From NCBI RefSeq assembly GCF_006345805.1, contig NC_043004.1:50468001-50532000 (forward strand): 64,000 nucleotides of DNA, given 5' to 3'. The DNA comes from Octopus sinensis. Taxonomy: Eukaryota. Both the position numbers and the translations under genes were made by a program. A model generated the notes under the pieces. The model saw nothing but the letters and a program-made list of their open reading frames with translations, was not told the origin of the DNA and searched no databases. Shown in pieces: positions 25,594-37,605 of this stretch. Each line of letters begins with the position of its first letter. Positions within the stretch are counted from its first letter, which is position 1.

Positions 25594-25947
25594 TCACACA
25601 CCGACTTTATAATGATCAGAATATTTGCTAATCATCTCCACTGCAGTATTATACATTTCCATATCAAAAGAATCTGTCTGTTCCTTAGTGAAGAGGACAT
25701 AGTCTTGGCAGTTCATGCTGGAATTCGAACTCACTTCACCAAACACCTCCGTCAGTCCACCAACGTATTCGTTCAATGGTTCAGCCAAATACACTGACAC
25801 GTTTACATCGTCGCAGGTTTTCAGTTTAAAAGATAAGCCGCTGCTGTCAACTCCTTGAGCAATACCTAGTAAACAGGCTTTTCGTCCTTGAAATTTCGGC
25901 ATCATACTGCCGTTGATGCGAGAAGTAACATGCCTTAACGTAGACAT
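25594..25947 (-). CDS. RPA3: replication protein A 14-kDa subunit, single coding exon (117 aa)
   Basis: SRINGSMM...EPLNEYVGGLTEVFGEV...YVLF...FDMEMYNTAVEMI aligns by eye with the RPA3/RPA14 OB fold (RSRINAGML...EPLDEEISGIVEVVGRV...YVQF...FDLGLYNEAVKII); intact ATG to TGA. Confidence 0.92.
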   Translation of the reverse strand: MSTLRHVTSRINGSMMPKFQGRKACLLGIAQGVDSSGLSFKLKTCDDVNVSVYLAEPLNEYVGGLTEVFGEVSSNSSMNCQDYVLFTKEQTDSFDMEMYNTAVEMISKYSDHYKVGV

Positions 25948-26007
25948 TATTGGTCCGAACAGTGAATGAAGAAAATATTAAGATGGATCAAAACTTCCTT
26001 CGTGTTG

Positions 26008-26076
26008 TGGCGGGAAATTATAACTTATCTCCCTTGGTACCTTCCTCTTTTTGGTTTTTAATTTTCTGGCGGGAAA
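26008..26076 (-). promoter_or_regulatory. two E2F consensus sites (TTTCCCGCCA) upstream of RPA3
   Basis: identical TGGCGGGAAA at 26008-26017 and 26067-26076, 61 and 120 nt upstream of the ATG. Confidence 0.7.
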
Positions 26077-26454
26077 TTTCTTTAGCGTTGTATTACAGCT
26101 TTTAACTTAAAGATATTTACTTTATTACAGATCTCCTTTTGCTTTCTCTTTCTTTTTTTGCTCATGTTTGTGTTTTCTTCGGTTTTGGATTTGTATTATA
26201 ATGTTGTTTCGTATTATAAGCGGAGGTTAAATTTTGAATTTTTTTCTTCTTTGGTAATTCTTATTAAAATCTATATTTTGAAATGCAGATTTGGAATCTC
26301 CGCCCTCGATATAGTGTGTTCCTGTAAAAAAAGTAAAAAAAAAAAAAAAAACATCCGCCCCTATTTTGAATGTTTTGAACATTCCAATAAATATTTTCAT
26401 TCAAAATTAGAGAACGCAAACCTCCGCCTCCGCCAAGGCAACACCAACGTCCTC

Positions 26455-27783
26455 AATTTTGTATTACCCACAAGGGGCTAAAAATAAAGATTATACATTA
26501 CAAAACAATACAAGACACATAATCGGAAAAAAAAAAAAAATACAGAAAGAAATCGAGTGAAGAAAAAAAACAAAAAGAACGAATGAAAATCATAAAATTA
26601 TGCGCAATACCCACTCGACTTCAGGGGTCGAGTGGTTACATTTAGACATTATTTTGGACAATTTTTGCCTCATTTTTTTTTAAAGTTCACTTCCTCATTT
26701 TTTTATATTGTATATATTTTTGGCGATCCTTCGGTATAGGTACCGTAAGTACCGAAAGTGGCTTTGTTTACATTTCTGAAGATAACAGAAACCCTTTTCT
26801 CCCACCCCTAACTCTAACACAATCCCTATCCCCCCCCCCATATATATATATAAAAAAACACTTTCTTGAAATGTATCCGGTACCTATACCGAAGTTACGC
26901 CATATTTTTTTTTAAATTTCAATTCTTTATGTTGAATTACGAGTGGTAGGGCATGAAACCACACCGGCCTGCCAAGTGAAATTATATACCTTCTATATGT
27001 TTTTATGAACGTGTCGTATCTATCTTCACTCAATAGTACACACTTTTGTTCCTCCTTGAAATCCTCCCTGGGCAGTTTCACCCTTATTAATCTCTTCCAC
27101 TTGGAAATCCTCCTTTCCACATCTACATTCTTTTCGTAGTACACTACGAATGCTCTATTTCTAAAACCGTGCTGTTCAGTCTCTTCTACTGATTCTCTCT
27201 CCTTTGGTTCTGTTTCTATTGTCTGTGTATGTTTGAATATAGGCGGTTCCTTACGTTCTTTGGGTGTACTATCTGGTTCTGTTGCTGGTCTTTCAAAGTC
27301 TTCTCTTGTTTTTGCCTTTTTCCTCCTTTTGGGGCTGATAAACCAGTCACTCCCCTCACTTGCCGCTTTCGTTCTGTCTTTCTTCGACTCTGCATCTTCC
27401 ATATCCCTGGCGCACTCCATATCACTTTTGCTGTCTCCATCTGTTATCACTTCAATTGCCACTCCAGTCTCCACTTCTTCTTGGTTCCTCTCCACAGCCT
27501 TCTCACTATGAGGAGGCTTGTGCTTGGGGCATTGCGTCTTCATGTGTCCTCTTATTTCACAATCTTAACAATTTGGTTGGCATCCCTCAACAATCACTTT
27601 GAGGGAACTCTCTCCCGGAATCTCTATCTGGTTGGAGATTCTTTCAATGTCTTCAAAAGTGGCAGAAAGTCACATCTTGACAATGGACAGTCTCGAAGAG
27701 AAAGCCTTCAACATGTAACAACAATCCCAAACCGTGGTACAAAATGACGAAACCCAGAACTCAAACTAACAAGTTGTTAGTCT
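26455..27783 (-). mobile_element. 1.33-kb composite retro-insertion bounded by a 17-bp direct repeat
   Basis: GCAACACCAACGTCCTC at 26438-26454 and 27784-27800; contains a LINE ORF1-like segment and a SINE-D-like 3' tail. Confidence 0.7.
26884..27760 (-). pseudogene. LINE ORF1 (gag-like) remnant with a CCHC zinc knuckle
   Basis: in frame upstream of ORF 26884-27543: KVIVEGCQPNC*DCEIRGHMKTQC (C-x2-C-x4-H-x4-C, 27570-27529, interrupted by TAA). Confidence 0.7.
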
Positions 27784-27929
27784 GCAACACCAACGTCCTC
27801 TCAACGATTAGCCAGAGATGGTTTTTAAAATGAGAATATCTGAAATAAACTCGACTGCTCTCACAAATGAGGATACTGAAAATGAACCCGGCTGCTCTCA
27901 CAAATTAAGTAAAAAAAACAGGAAAAATA

Positions 27930-28130
27930 ATCTGGAATACTTGTCCAGTACCAGATCAATCCCAAAATCTAATCAGTTTGTGCCAGTCATGAGGCCAAAC
28001 ATCCCTAAAAGTTTCATCCGAATCCATCCAGTGGTTCTAGAGATATCTTGTCCATGGACAAACAAACAAACAAATATGACAGAAAACAATACCGCTGCCT
28101 TAGCTAAGGCGGAAAGAATAACAGCAAAAT
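27930..28130 (+). mobile_element. Helentron/HINE-like non-autonomous element, 3' part
   Basis: (CAAA)n followed by terminal hairpin GCCTTAGCTAAGGC; a CCTCCGCCAAGG motif at ~26428 lies on the other side of the 1.33-kb insertion. Confidence 0.5.
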
Positions 28131-28169
28131 CAAAGACCTTACTTAGTGTTCTAATCATACTTTGTCTTT

Positions 28170-28505
28170 AGTGAAGGCGCATGGCTCAGTGGTTAGAGCG
28201 TCGAGCTTACGATCGTGAGGTTGTGAGCTTGAATCCCGGACCGGGCTGCATGTTGTGTTCTTGAGCAAGACACTTTATTTCACGTTGCTCCAGTTCACTC
28301 AGCTGTAGAAATGAGTTGCGACGTAATGGGTGCCAAGCTGTATCGGCCTTTGCCTTTCCTTTGGATAACACTGGTGGCATGGAGAGGGGAGGCCGGTATG
28401 CATGGGCGACTGCTGGTCTTCCATAAACCACCTTGCCCAGACTTGTGACTAGGAGGGTAACTTTCTAGGTGCAATCCCATGGTCAGTGTTGTGAACGAAG
28501 AGGGT
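28170..28505 (+). mobile_element. tRNA-derived SINE family E
   Basis: GGCGCATGGCTCAGTGGTTAGAGCG A-box head, TTGAATCCC B-box-like motif, TTGAGCAAGACACTT core; an older relative lies at ~1530-1800. Confidence 0.75.
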
Positions 28506-29788
28506 CCCCCCGATACTTTGTCTTTATTTAACTTATTCTTCTTTCATAGTTCCATTCACATCTATGTGAAGGGGTTCTCAACTATTATCTGTCTATGGAC
28601 CCCTTTAGTTATTTTATTCTGGTGGACCCCCAAAGTCATGCGATATCAAAAAACTAGTTTTATAGAAACCTCTTTTCAGAATTCCTATTTTGTATTCCAC
28701 ATATTAACTTGTGTAGGTTGTACTATGTAAAATGTTAGAGAAAGAAACCTAAATATTTCATGCAATACATAAAAAAATGTACACCTAAAGTGAAATTTTT
28801 TCAGGTGCCCTTAAAATACTATTTGTTTTGTGGACCCCCCAAACTCTTATTTGGACCCTGATTGAGAACCACTGGATTATCATCATCATCATCATCATCG
28901 TTTAGCGTCCGCTTTCCATGCTGGCATGGGTTGGACGGTTCAACTGGGGTCTGGGAAGCCAGAAGGCTGCACCAGGCCCAGTCTGATCTGGCAATGTTTC
29001 TACGGCGAAATCATACACAGTATTAAAGTTACTGTATTTTATAGTGTTTGGAAGGAGGGAAAACCAAGTTAACCTCACTAGGATTTGAAATTAGAAATGA
29101 AACTTAGTGATTTATGGGCTTTGACACAAAGCTACAACAGGAAGGGAGGGTATTGATTCTACCTTAGTACAATTAAAAGAATAGATCTGGGATTCTAAAC
29201 CATTTTTTTATCTATGGACCCCTTTGAGTACTATTTTATTCTGGTGGACACCTCTAACCATTCCATGTTTAAAAACTAGTTTTATAGCAGTTTATGGCAA
29301 TACATACATTTAAAGCAACATTTTTTCAGGGGCCCTTAAAATACTGCTGTGGATCCCCGGATTACTCTTTTGTTATGTGGATACCCAAAAATCTTATATG
29401 GACCCCAGTTGAGAACCACTGGACTAGATAGTCATGACTGGAATCTGCTTGATCTGAACTAATATGAACAACATCTGGTACTTATTTATATCAGTATGTG
29501 GTTGCTCAACCAGCTAGAAATAATAGCCAAATTTCCTGTCATATCAAAAGCTACCAGTTTACCAAATGAAAATTATTGGAAAAAAATTACTAAAATGCTT
29601 AGAAATGAGAAAAAACAAATAAAGATAGCTACTTACATTATTTTAAAAGATGGACAGAAATTAAATGTTTATTTATATACCTAAAGCAGCATCTAACAAA
29701 TCTGCTAAATTGTTGAATCCTTCAGTGTTTCCAGCACTGCTCTACCTTGTTTCTTAGTTAAATATGCATCCATTATGTTAATTTTATA

Positions 29789-30366
29789 TAGGCGCAGGAG
29801 TGGCTGTGTGGTAAGTAGCTTGTTTACCAATCATACAGTTCCAGGTTCAGTCCCACTGCGTGGCACCTTGGGCAAGTGTCTTCTACTATAGCCCTGGGCC
29901 GACTAAAGCCTTGTGAGTGGATTTGGTAGACGGAAACTGAAAGAAGTCCGTCGTATATATGTATATATATGTATGTGTTTGTGTGTCTGTGTTTGTCCCC
30001 CTAGCATTGCTTGACAACCGATGCTGGTGTGTTTATGTCCCCGTTACTTAGCGGTTCGACAAAAGAGTTGCTGAAGCATGGAATAAACTGCCTGCGTCAG
30101 TTGTTGACTGCCATGACACTGCATCCTTTAAGGCCCTCATGCTTTCCGAAATCCGCCGAAACTACACCTGATTATATATACACTTTAGATGAGTTGTAGT
30201 GCACCTGAGCACTGTACACAATTATTATTATTATTATTATTATTGATTGAATAAGTACTGGGCTTACAAAAAAGAATAAGTCCCGGGGTCGAGTTGCTCG
30301 ATTAAAGGCGGTGCTCCAGCATGGCCGCAGTCATATGACTGAACCAAGTAAAAGAGTAAAAGAGAG
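29789..30366 (+). mobile_element. SINE family B split by a LINE fragment
   Basis: family B sequence stops at 30067 and resumes at 30245. Confidence 0.85.
30065..30244 (+). mobile_element. 5'-truncated CR1-like LINE 3' end with (ATT)n tail
   Basis: RVAEAWNKLPASVVDCHDTASFKAL resembles the CR1 ORF2 C-terminus; GTGC-ACCTGA-GCAC hairpin precedes the (ATT)n tail. Confidence 0.7.
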
Positions 30367-30640
30367 AGTGTTACTTGAAGTAAGCAATAATCTTTATTGC
30401 ATTTCTCATTGTTTTGAGCCATACTTTACTGAGAGAACAGCTTCGAGCATTGGATGTTGCAAATCTTTTTCAACTTTGCTTTGATGCTATTCATGTTGCT
30501 GAATAACCCTTCTATTCCAGCATTTGAATTAACCCGTTAGCATTTTAATTACTCTGCCAAATGTAGAGCTTATTTGTTCTTATTGTTTTGAATTAATCAT
30601 GTATTGTCTCATAGCTTTGAGTGTTGATGATGCTTTTAAT

Positions 30641-30833
30641 CTTTTACTCTTTTACTTGTTTCAGTCATTTGACTGCGGCCATGCTGGAGCACCGCCTTTA
30701 GTCGAGCAAATCGACCCCGGGACTTATTCTTTGTAAGCCCAGTACTTATTCTATCGGTCTCTTTTGCCGAACCGCTAAGTGACGGGAATGTAAACACACC
30801 AGCATCGGTTGTCAAGCAATGCTAGGGGGACAA

Positions 30834-30883
<50 letters not shown>

Positions 30884-31046
30884 GACAGGCTTCTTTCAGT
30901 TTCCGTCTACCAAATCCACTCACAAGGCATTGGTCGGCCCGGGGCTATGGCAGAAGACACTTGCCCAAGATGCCACGCAGTGGGACTGAACCCGGAACCA
31001 TGTGGCTGGTTAGCAAACTACTTACCACACAGCCACTCCTGCGCCT
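30641..31046 (-). mobile_element. SINE family B, full length
   Basis: complete head (AGGCGCAGGAGTGGCTGTGTGG) to tail. Confidence 0.9.
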
Positions 31047-31399
31047 GTCTATTTTTCGAATGACATTGTAGGATAGGTGTGAGAGGATGGATCAGGCCAG
31101 TTTGAACATAAAACAGGAGGCCTATTTTGGCTGGATGTTGCTGGTTTAAATGCTAAAGGGTTAAATATTATTAAACGATTGAGAACAAATTTTGGAATAT
31201 TTCTGAAAGGGTTTTACGCCAGTAACATCTTTAATTTTTTTAAATTTAACCAAAATATTTCAGTATTATCAGTGTTGGTCCATTTAACCAAATGAATAAT
31301 ATAATTCAGTACTTGCTAGATATTTATTTAGATTCAACTGATTTCAAAAATGGAGTAATTAGCCCTTAGCTATTGCTTGACATAGGACTACAGTTCTGT

Positions 31400-34300
31400 C
31401 AGTGAGATATTCTGTGTAAAAATGTACCTAATAAAGGGTGACCACATTGCCTATCATCTTGGAATCCATGTAGATGCCACAGCCTATGTGCATTTACAAC
31501 ATGTTGAGCCTTCTGTCCCGAGGATGTTGAAAGCAGATGGAGCACTTAACCAGTGGAACACCTCCATTCCACAAGAAATGAAATAGCATCCGTTCCAACT
31601 TGATCAGATGAGAAACATAACCAAACTCAGCAGTGATGGAAGTGATATATGGGTTCACTGCCTCTGATCTTTCAAGGATATCTTTCTCTCTAGTGAAAGA
31701 TATCTTTTTCTCAATTGAACACCTTGTTTATAACCTAGTCTCAGTTTCTATTCATCTGGAAGACTGGATTGAACCAGCTCCAAGCAACTTTATGGGACTC
31801 TCTGTGCAACACCCTGTGATGGTGAATGGCAGCATGAACTTGCCTATCCAGGTCCATAGCTGTAAGCTCATCAACTTATCCAGGTTAATTTCTACTCCTG
31901 TCAAAGTTTCATATTCCTTTACAACATTGTTAATTGCCTTGATTTCCATCATATCAGATACCATTATGGTAACATCGTCCCTATATAACTACATGGCTCT
32001 TCTACGTGTGAGTTTGAACAAGTTGTTCCTCAATATCTTCAATTTCTGCAGTAGTGTTTCATGAGTCAGTACATTCAGAAAAGATGGGAGAAACATTCAT
32101 GATGAACTGAGAGCATGATCTGGAACAGTTCCGATACATGGCCATTTACTTTGACTGCCAAGAAGATGTTGCTGTACATTGAAGCAGTGCCATCCTTAAA
32201 GACAATATTGAAACCAACTTCCTTGAGAACAGGAAAAATATAGCAATAATCAGCCATATTTAGAGCTTTTGATCGATCCAAGTTGATCAAATCTCCATCA
32301 AAGCCAGATTTTCTATCTGGCCCTTTCTGCATGGTAAGTTTTAGGAGAGAAATAATGTGTCTTTGAGCATGAACTTTAGATCTATTAATACATCCTTCAT
32401 GTTTTCCTTTGAAGAAAGATCAAGAGCCATCCCCACCACAAGCATATGGATTGTGGTGCTTGTCCCAATCACGACTTTTGATTTACCTCTACTCTATTTT
32501 CTCTACCATCAAAGACCAAATTGTGGCTTTGTTAGTTCATTGCACTTCAGCCACTCGTGACTATCTTCATGCATAGATTGGATTGTGAAAGTGTAGACAT
32601 ATACCCAGAAGAGCTATGGGTTGGGAGTTAATGATTATGTCCCCCTTGTTCCTATCTTTCCTCATCACCTAAGTTTACAAAATGAGCGATAGCTTGTTCT
32701 GTTACCAGTTGCAGTAGAAGATTGCCAAGATGTCAGCTTTCAAAATTGGCATTCATGTATTAAACTTGCTGAGCAAACCATCCAGACCAAGCAATCTGTG
32801 CCTTATACAATGACTTGTACCTTAGTTACAGTTATTGACTTTCTGCAACATTTCATGTCTCTGCTGGAATTCACAGCAAGATCTTGAGGTATGTATTTAA
32901 ATTCTCTACCACTTCTATCCTACTCTTCACTCCAAACATTTGTGCAAAGTGCCTCTGGAAAATCACACACATCTTGTAATTGAATAGCCTTCACCCATCC
33001 TGACCATCAAACACCAAATTGTGGCTTTGTTACTTCATTACACTTCAGACACTCATTACTATTAAATGGCTTTCATTCCTTTGTGTCTTAGAACATGAAT
33101 CTCAGCTGTGTCAATGCACCCTTCATGTTTTACTTTGAAGGAATGATGAAGAACCATTTTCACCATTAGCATTTGGGTCATGGTACTTTTCTTAATCACC
33201 ACTTCTAATTTACTCACTAATCCCTCTCTAATTTATTTTCTCTACCATTATCTCTCTACTAAAGCATACAAATTCTATATTAAATGTCCTTCTTTAGTGT
33301 ACCTCACCATCAGTTGTTAATTGCTCTTGTGAACTGACACTTAACTATAATTCTACTATAATCTCTGTCAGCTTTATGCACCAGAAATAAAATGTTCAGC
33401 TTTCAGCTGGGTCCAGGTCTATGAGTTCTATCTAAGTTGATCATACTGATCACAAAATAATGGACTGTGTAGCCAACCAGTTGAAACTGTGGATATTTTA
33501 CTCTTTTCTTGTTTACTGATCTAACAAATACCCTATCTAGATATGATCTAGATGACTCAATGTGACAACCCCATGAGCACACTGGTACATTCAGGAAATC
33601 TAGTCAGCACTTGCCTGGCAATTGGAAATGTTTAAACAGGTTTGCAAGGTTTTTGCCACCCTTCTATCAGCTAGCCGACACAATCCCGTCAAGATGCTGT
33701 TCCAGTTGCCTACTAGTACAAAAGAGTGTGGCATTCCAAAGGGCACTTCCAGATGCCTTTAGAAATCTAGACCCCTCTCAAAGTATGGACAGCCACTGAT
33801 CTGAAAGTACCATCTTGGCTATTGCACACATCCAGGACTTACCATCTAGGTTGAAGAAGATTGTCCCTATCTCAAGATTGAAACCCTTCCAGAACATCAC
33901 TTCCACTCCTTCTGATCCAGGCTTTGTTACTATGTGGTATGTTTTATTTTTGTGTGTGCTATTTGTGGTTGTTGAACCCAACCTCTCCTGTTTGTATTTT
34001 AGTTTTAAACAATTTCACATATTCCATAAATACACTGTTGTTTTTGCTAACAAGTGGTAACAGCTGGGGCTTTATTTGTGTTCTGTTGTTGTGTTTGGGT
34101 ATGTTCCTGTTGTTGGCATGGTGGTAATGATGGTTGTGATAATGGTGATGTTAGTAGTGGTTGTAATGGGTGTGATGATGGTGGTAGTGGTAGGAGTGTT
34201 TGTGTTGTTGTTGGTGTGGTAGTGATAGGAGTGGTAATATTAGTAGAGTTGATTGTGGTAGTGGTGGCTGTGTTATTGTAGGTGTAGCATTAGTGGTGGT

Positions 34301-35100
34301 GGTGGTGGTTGTGTTGCTGTTGGTGGTATGGGTGTGTGAGTGTTTGTTGGGTTCTGTATCTCCTCCTCTAATCTGTTGGCCTTTTTGCTGAAGCAACGTT
34401 GTTTATTCTTATATTTCTTTCACTTTATCCCCAATGAAGATCCATTCTTGTGAATCTTCCAACTTGACTTTGTTGCACAGCAAGTTTTCAAAGTCAAAGC
34501 CTGTGGTAGAGGGAGAAAGGTATGCCTGAGTGTGTCCATGTGTGTGCTTGTGCTCTAGTGGACTGTTGTGGAGAGGGTCTCTTTAGGTTGTGTTGGCAGA
34601 CACTGGTGATGTTCTCCTGGGCTGTGGTGTTAGAGTCAGCTGCTGTTGATGTAAAATTTCCATTGCTTTTCTTTTTAGATGGTATTTCTGCTGTTGATGC
34701 TACTAATTTTATTATTGGTGTTGTTGCTGATAAGGCAGTGGTGTCAGCAGTAGTTTTTGCAAGGAGGTCTTTCTTCTCTCCTTTACTGAGATGGTTTGTG
34801 TCACCACATAAGTAACGCCTTGGCTTTCTGTCCTCAACTGACATGAACAGTTGAAAGCAATCTAGGACATTGAACAGGTCAGAGATGGCTTCCATTCTTT
34901 CTTGATCTATTTGGATCAATACCTCCATCCCTATGTCCAACCAACTTTCTTTCTATAGACTATGAATTTGCAATATGTCCATTTTCCCTTCCATATCTAG
35001 CAAGACAATTACTACCAGCCAGCCAGCAGATATCAATTTCAGGTAGTATATTAACTGCCATTATTTTCACAACTATTCTGATGTGTAGGTCAACATGATA
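31400..35100 (-). mobile_element. decayed Tx1/L1-clade LINE (ORF1, APE endonuclease and RT remnants)
   Basis: ORF1-like VEDRKPRRYLCGDTNHL (34494-34940); APE-like GVEVMFWKGFNLEIGTIF (~33540-33900); RT LINLDRSKA...VKVNGH (32075-32332) and YIGDDVTIM (~31960-31990). Confidence 0.8.
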
Positions 35101-35859
35101 AGTTCATTGCCTGTAGGGGTGTTACTGAGTATTCCCTGCCTTTCCCCTCCACTTTAGAAATCTCACTTTAATTATGCTAAACCTTCTCTCTGAAGGGACA
35201 AATTTTGATACTCTCGATTGGCTTCAGACACTTTTCAAGTTGAGCTTGTGTCACTCACTTGATTTGTCTGAACTTCAATGCTTTATGTTTATTTAGTATT
35301 GTTTTCTTCTGGGTTTCCTGAATCTACTGAGGCACAGTTAAGGATAAAGTCCTCCCAATTTTACTTGGGAACTTTTTTAACGTTCTTTAACCCTTTGGTG
35401 TTCAGATTACTCTGTTAAATGTAATACATTTTTCACTTAAATTGTTTTGAATTAATCATACATTATCTTACAGCTTTGAAGTTTCAATGGTGTGACAGTT
35501 TATTCTTAGAATGTCAATGTAGGTTAGGTGTGAGGGGCCAGATATGGCCAGTTTGAATGTAAAACATGTAGGATATTTGGGCCGGATATGGCCGGCTTAA
35601 ACACCAGAGGGTTAAATCCTGCAACAATAGAGAAATTGACTCATTGATTTGCTAGTTGTGGTGTTAGCATTGTTAATGGTATTAGTTTTAATTCTGTTGA
35701 TGACAGTGTTTCTTTCAATGCTTGCATCTCTACTCTGTTTGTCATTGATACGGATATTGCCCTTAATGTTTCTAGCTGCAGCAGTGTTACTAATATTCAT
35801 GGTGGTCAGGTGTTACTTCCACCACTGTTCTCTAGTGATTTTATTTTATTTATTTTTAT

Positions 35860-36190
35860 TTATTTATCTAGTTTCAGCTCACAAGCTGTGGCCATGCTGG
35901 GGCACCGCCATTTGGTGTTGCTACATGATTTTACTTCACGAGTGCTTTTTAGCAATTGCTATTTGGTGCATGAGAGAGTTCGATGCAGCTGCCCTCATCT
36001 GCACCTCCTGCCGTGAAGTTGGTTCATCTGGGATACCTGACAAGAAGAGATCCAGTTTCATTTTAAAGACATCTGCGTCCACCCCATGCATGTCTCTTAG
36101 GTTCTTCGGGAAGATATTGAAGAACTGTGGGCCTCGGAAGCCCAGGCTATCACAGTATCTTGTCCTACATCTTGATGGCAAATTTGGATT
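35860..36190 (-). mobile_element. 3' end of a CR1/L2-group LINE whose tail resembles SINE family B
   Basis: FRGPQFFNIFPK...FKMKLDLFLSGIPDEP...RAAASNSL followed by GGCGGTGCCCCAGCATGGCCACAGCTTGTGAGCTGAAACTAG. Confidence 0.75.
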
Positions 36191-37548
36191 TTCCCATTGT
36201 TGCTACTGTTGTTGCCATTACAACAACTCATATTCACAATAATGGTAGCAGGAGGAAGACGGGGTAAATGCTGTTTAAAGCAACCATAATTACTTGACCA
36301 GTCTTTCTAAAACCTGGTCAGCATAATAACAAAAAACACAGCAACATCAACAAAGTCTGTTTTTTGAATATACAAATGAAGCAATAAACACGCAAGCAGA
36401 TTTTGAAGATGGACAAGCACAACAACAACAGCAGCAGCAACACCAATCTCAGCAGAATTTGAACTCAGAACTAAATGCTACTAAGCATTTTGCCCAGAAT
36501 GCCAACTCACTGCCTTAGAATATAACAGAAATATTGATTTAGATGGTACTTTTAAGAAACTTTTTGTAAAATGAAGGTATCTTAATGTAGTATTAAAGTG
36601 ATAATGTATTAAAACAATGATTCCTAAAGTGGCCATTACTGCCCCACCTGGGGCAGTGGAAAGATCCATGGGAACAATTGAAGAAAAGTGGGGGTGATAA
36701 TGGGGTGGCCAAAAGGGGGTGATGGCTGTAAAAACAACAAAATAACGGGTTCATTTGGGTTAAGTTTTATTTGTGAAATACTGTTGTTTTGAATTTGCTG
36801 CAGAAAGTGGTCTACGTTTGTGGTGGTGAGCTGGAGAAAGGTTGCTAGGAATGTGACCTGATTGCAAAGGGGACAGCAGCTCGAAAATGCTTGGGAGCCA
36901 ACTGTATTAGAGTGATATGCATTGAATTGATATTGTGCTATTAAAGTGATAATGTTGCATAAAAGGGATAATATATTAAAATGATAAAAGTATAAAAATG
37001 GTGACCCTTTTTTAAAAGAAATATTGAAAAATTAGTCAAAATGCGCATATGTGTATATATGCAATTGTATCATCATCATGATCATGTAATGTTAATTTTC
37101 CATACTGGCATGGGTTGGCTGGTTTGACAGCAGGGCTGTGCCAAATTCCAGTGTTTGCTCTGGTATGATTTCTATAGCTGGATGCCCTTTCTGTTACCTT
37201 TCTGATACAATATGTACTGTGTGATTTACTTCATACCACTAGCACTTGTGAGGTTGCCAAAGTAACTTGCAAGGCAGATAATGAACAAGGAAAAAGGGAA
37301 GAAAAACAAGGAAAAATGTGTGTGTGTGTGTGATTATTCTGACACTGCATAATAATTGTAAATGAGTGTCACCGTCATATAAGCAGTGACTCCCATCTCA
37401 AATCCTCTGTGAAATATTTTTCAGCCGTGGAGAAACACAACCTGGTTGGAAATAGGTGCAGGTTGGTGACAGGAGAAGCATCTAGCTACAAAAAAAATCT
37501 AACTCAATGAATTCCATCAACACAAATTAACAGTGGACAATAAAACAG

Positions 37549-37588
<40 letters not shown>

Positions 37589-37605
37589 AATTATATATAT
37601 ATATA

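Noticed and set aside
26774-26800. CTGAAGA-TAACA-GAAAC hammerhead-like core
   Set aside because: No stable stem II, no cleavage triplet and no stem I partner
26884-27543. 219-aa ORF as a host gene
   Set aside because: It is the downstream part of a stop-interrupted LINE ORF1, and its end is fused to an unrelated IR module
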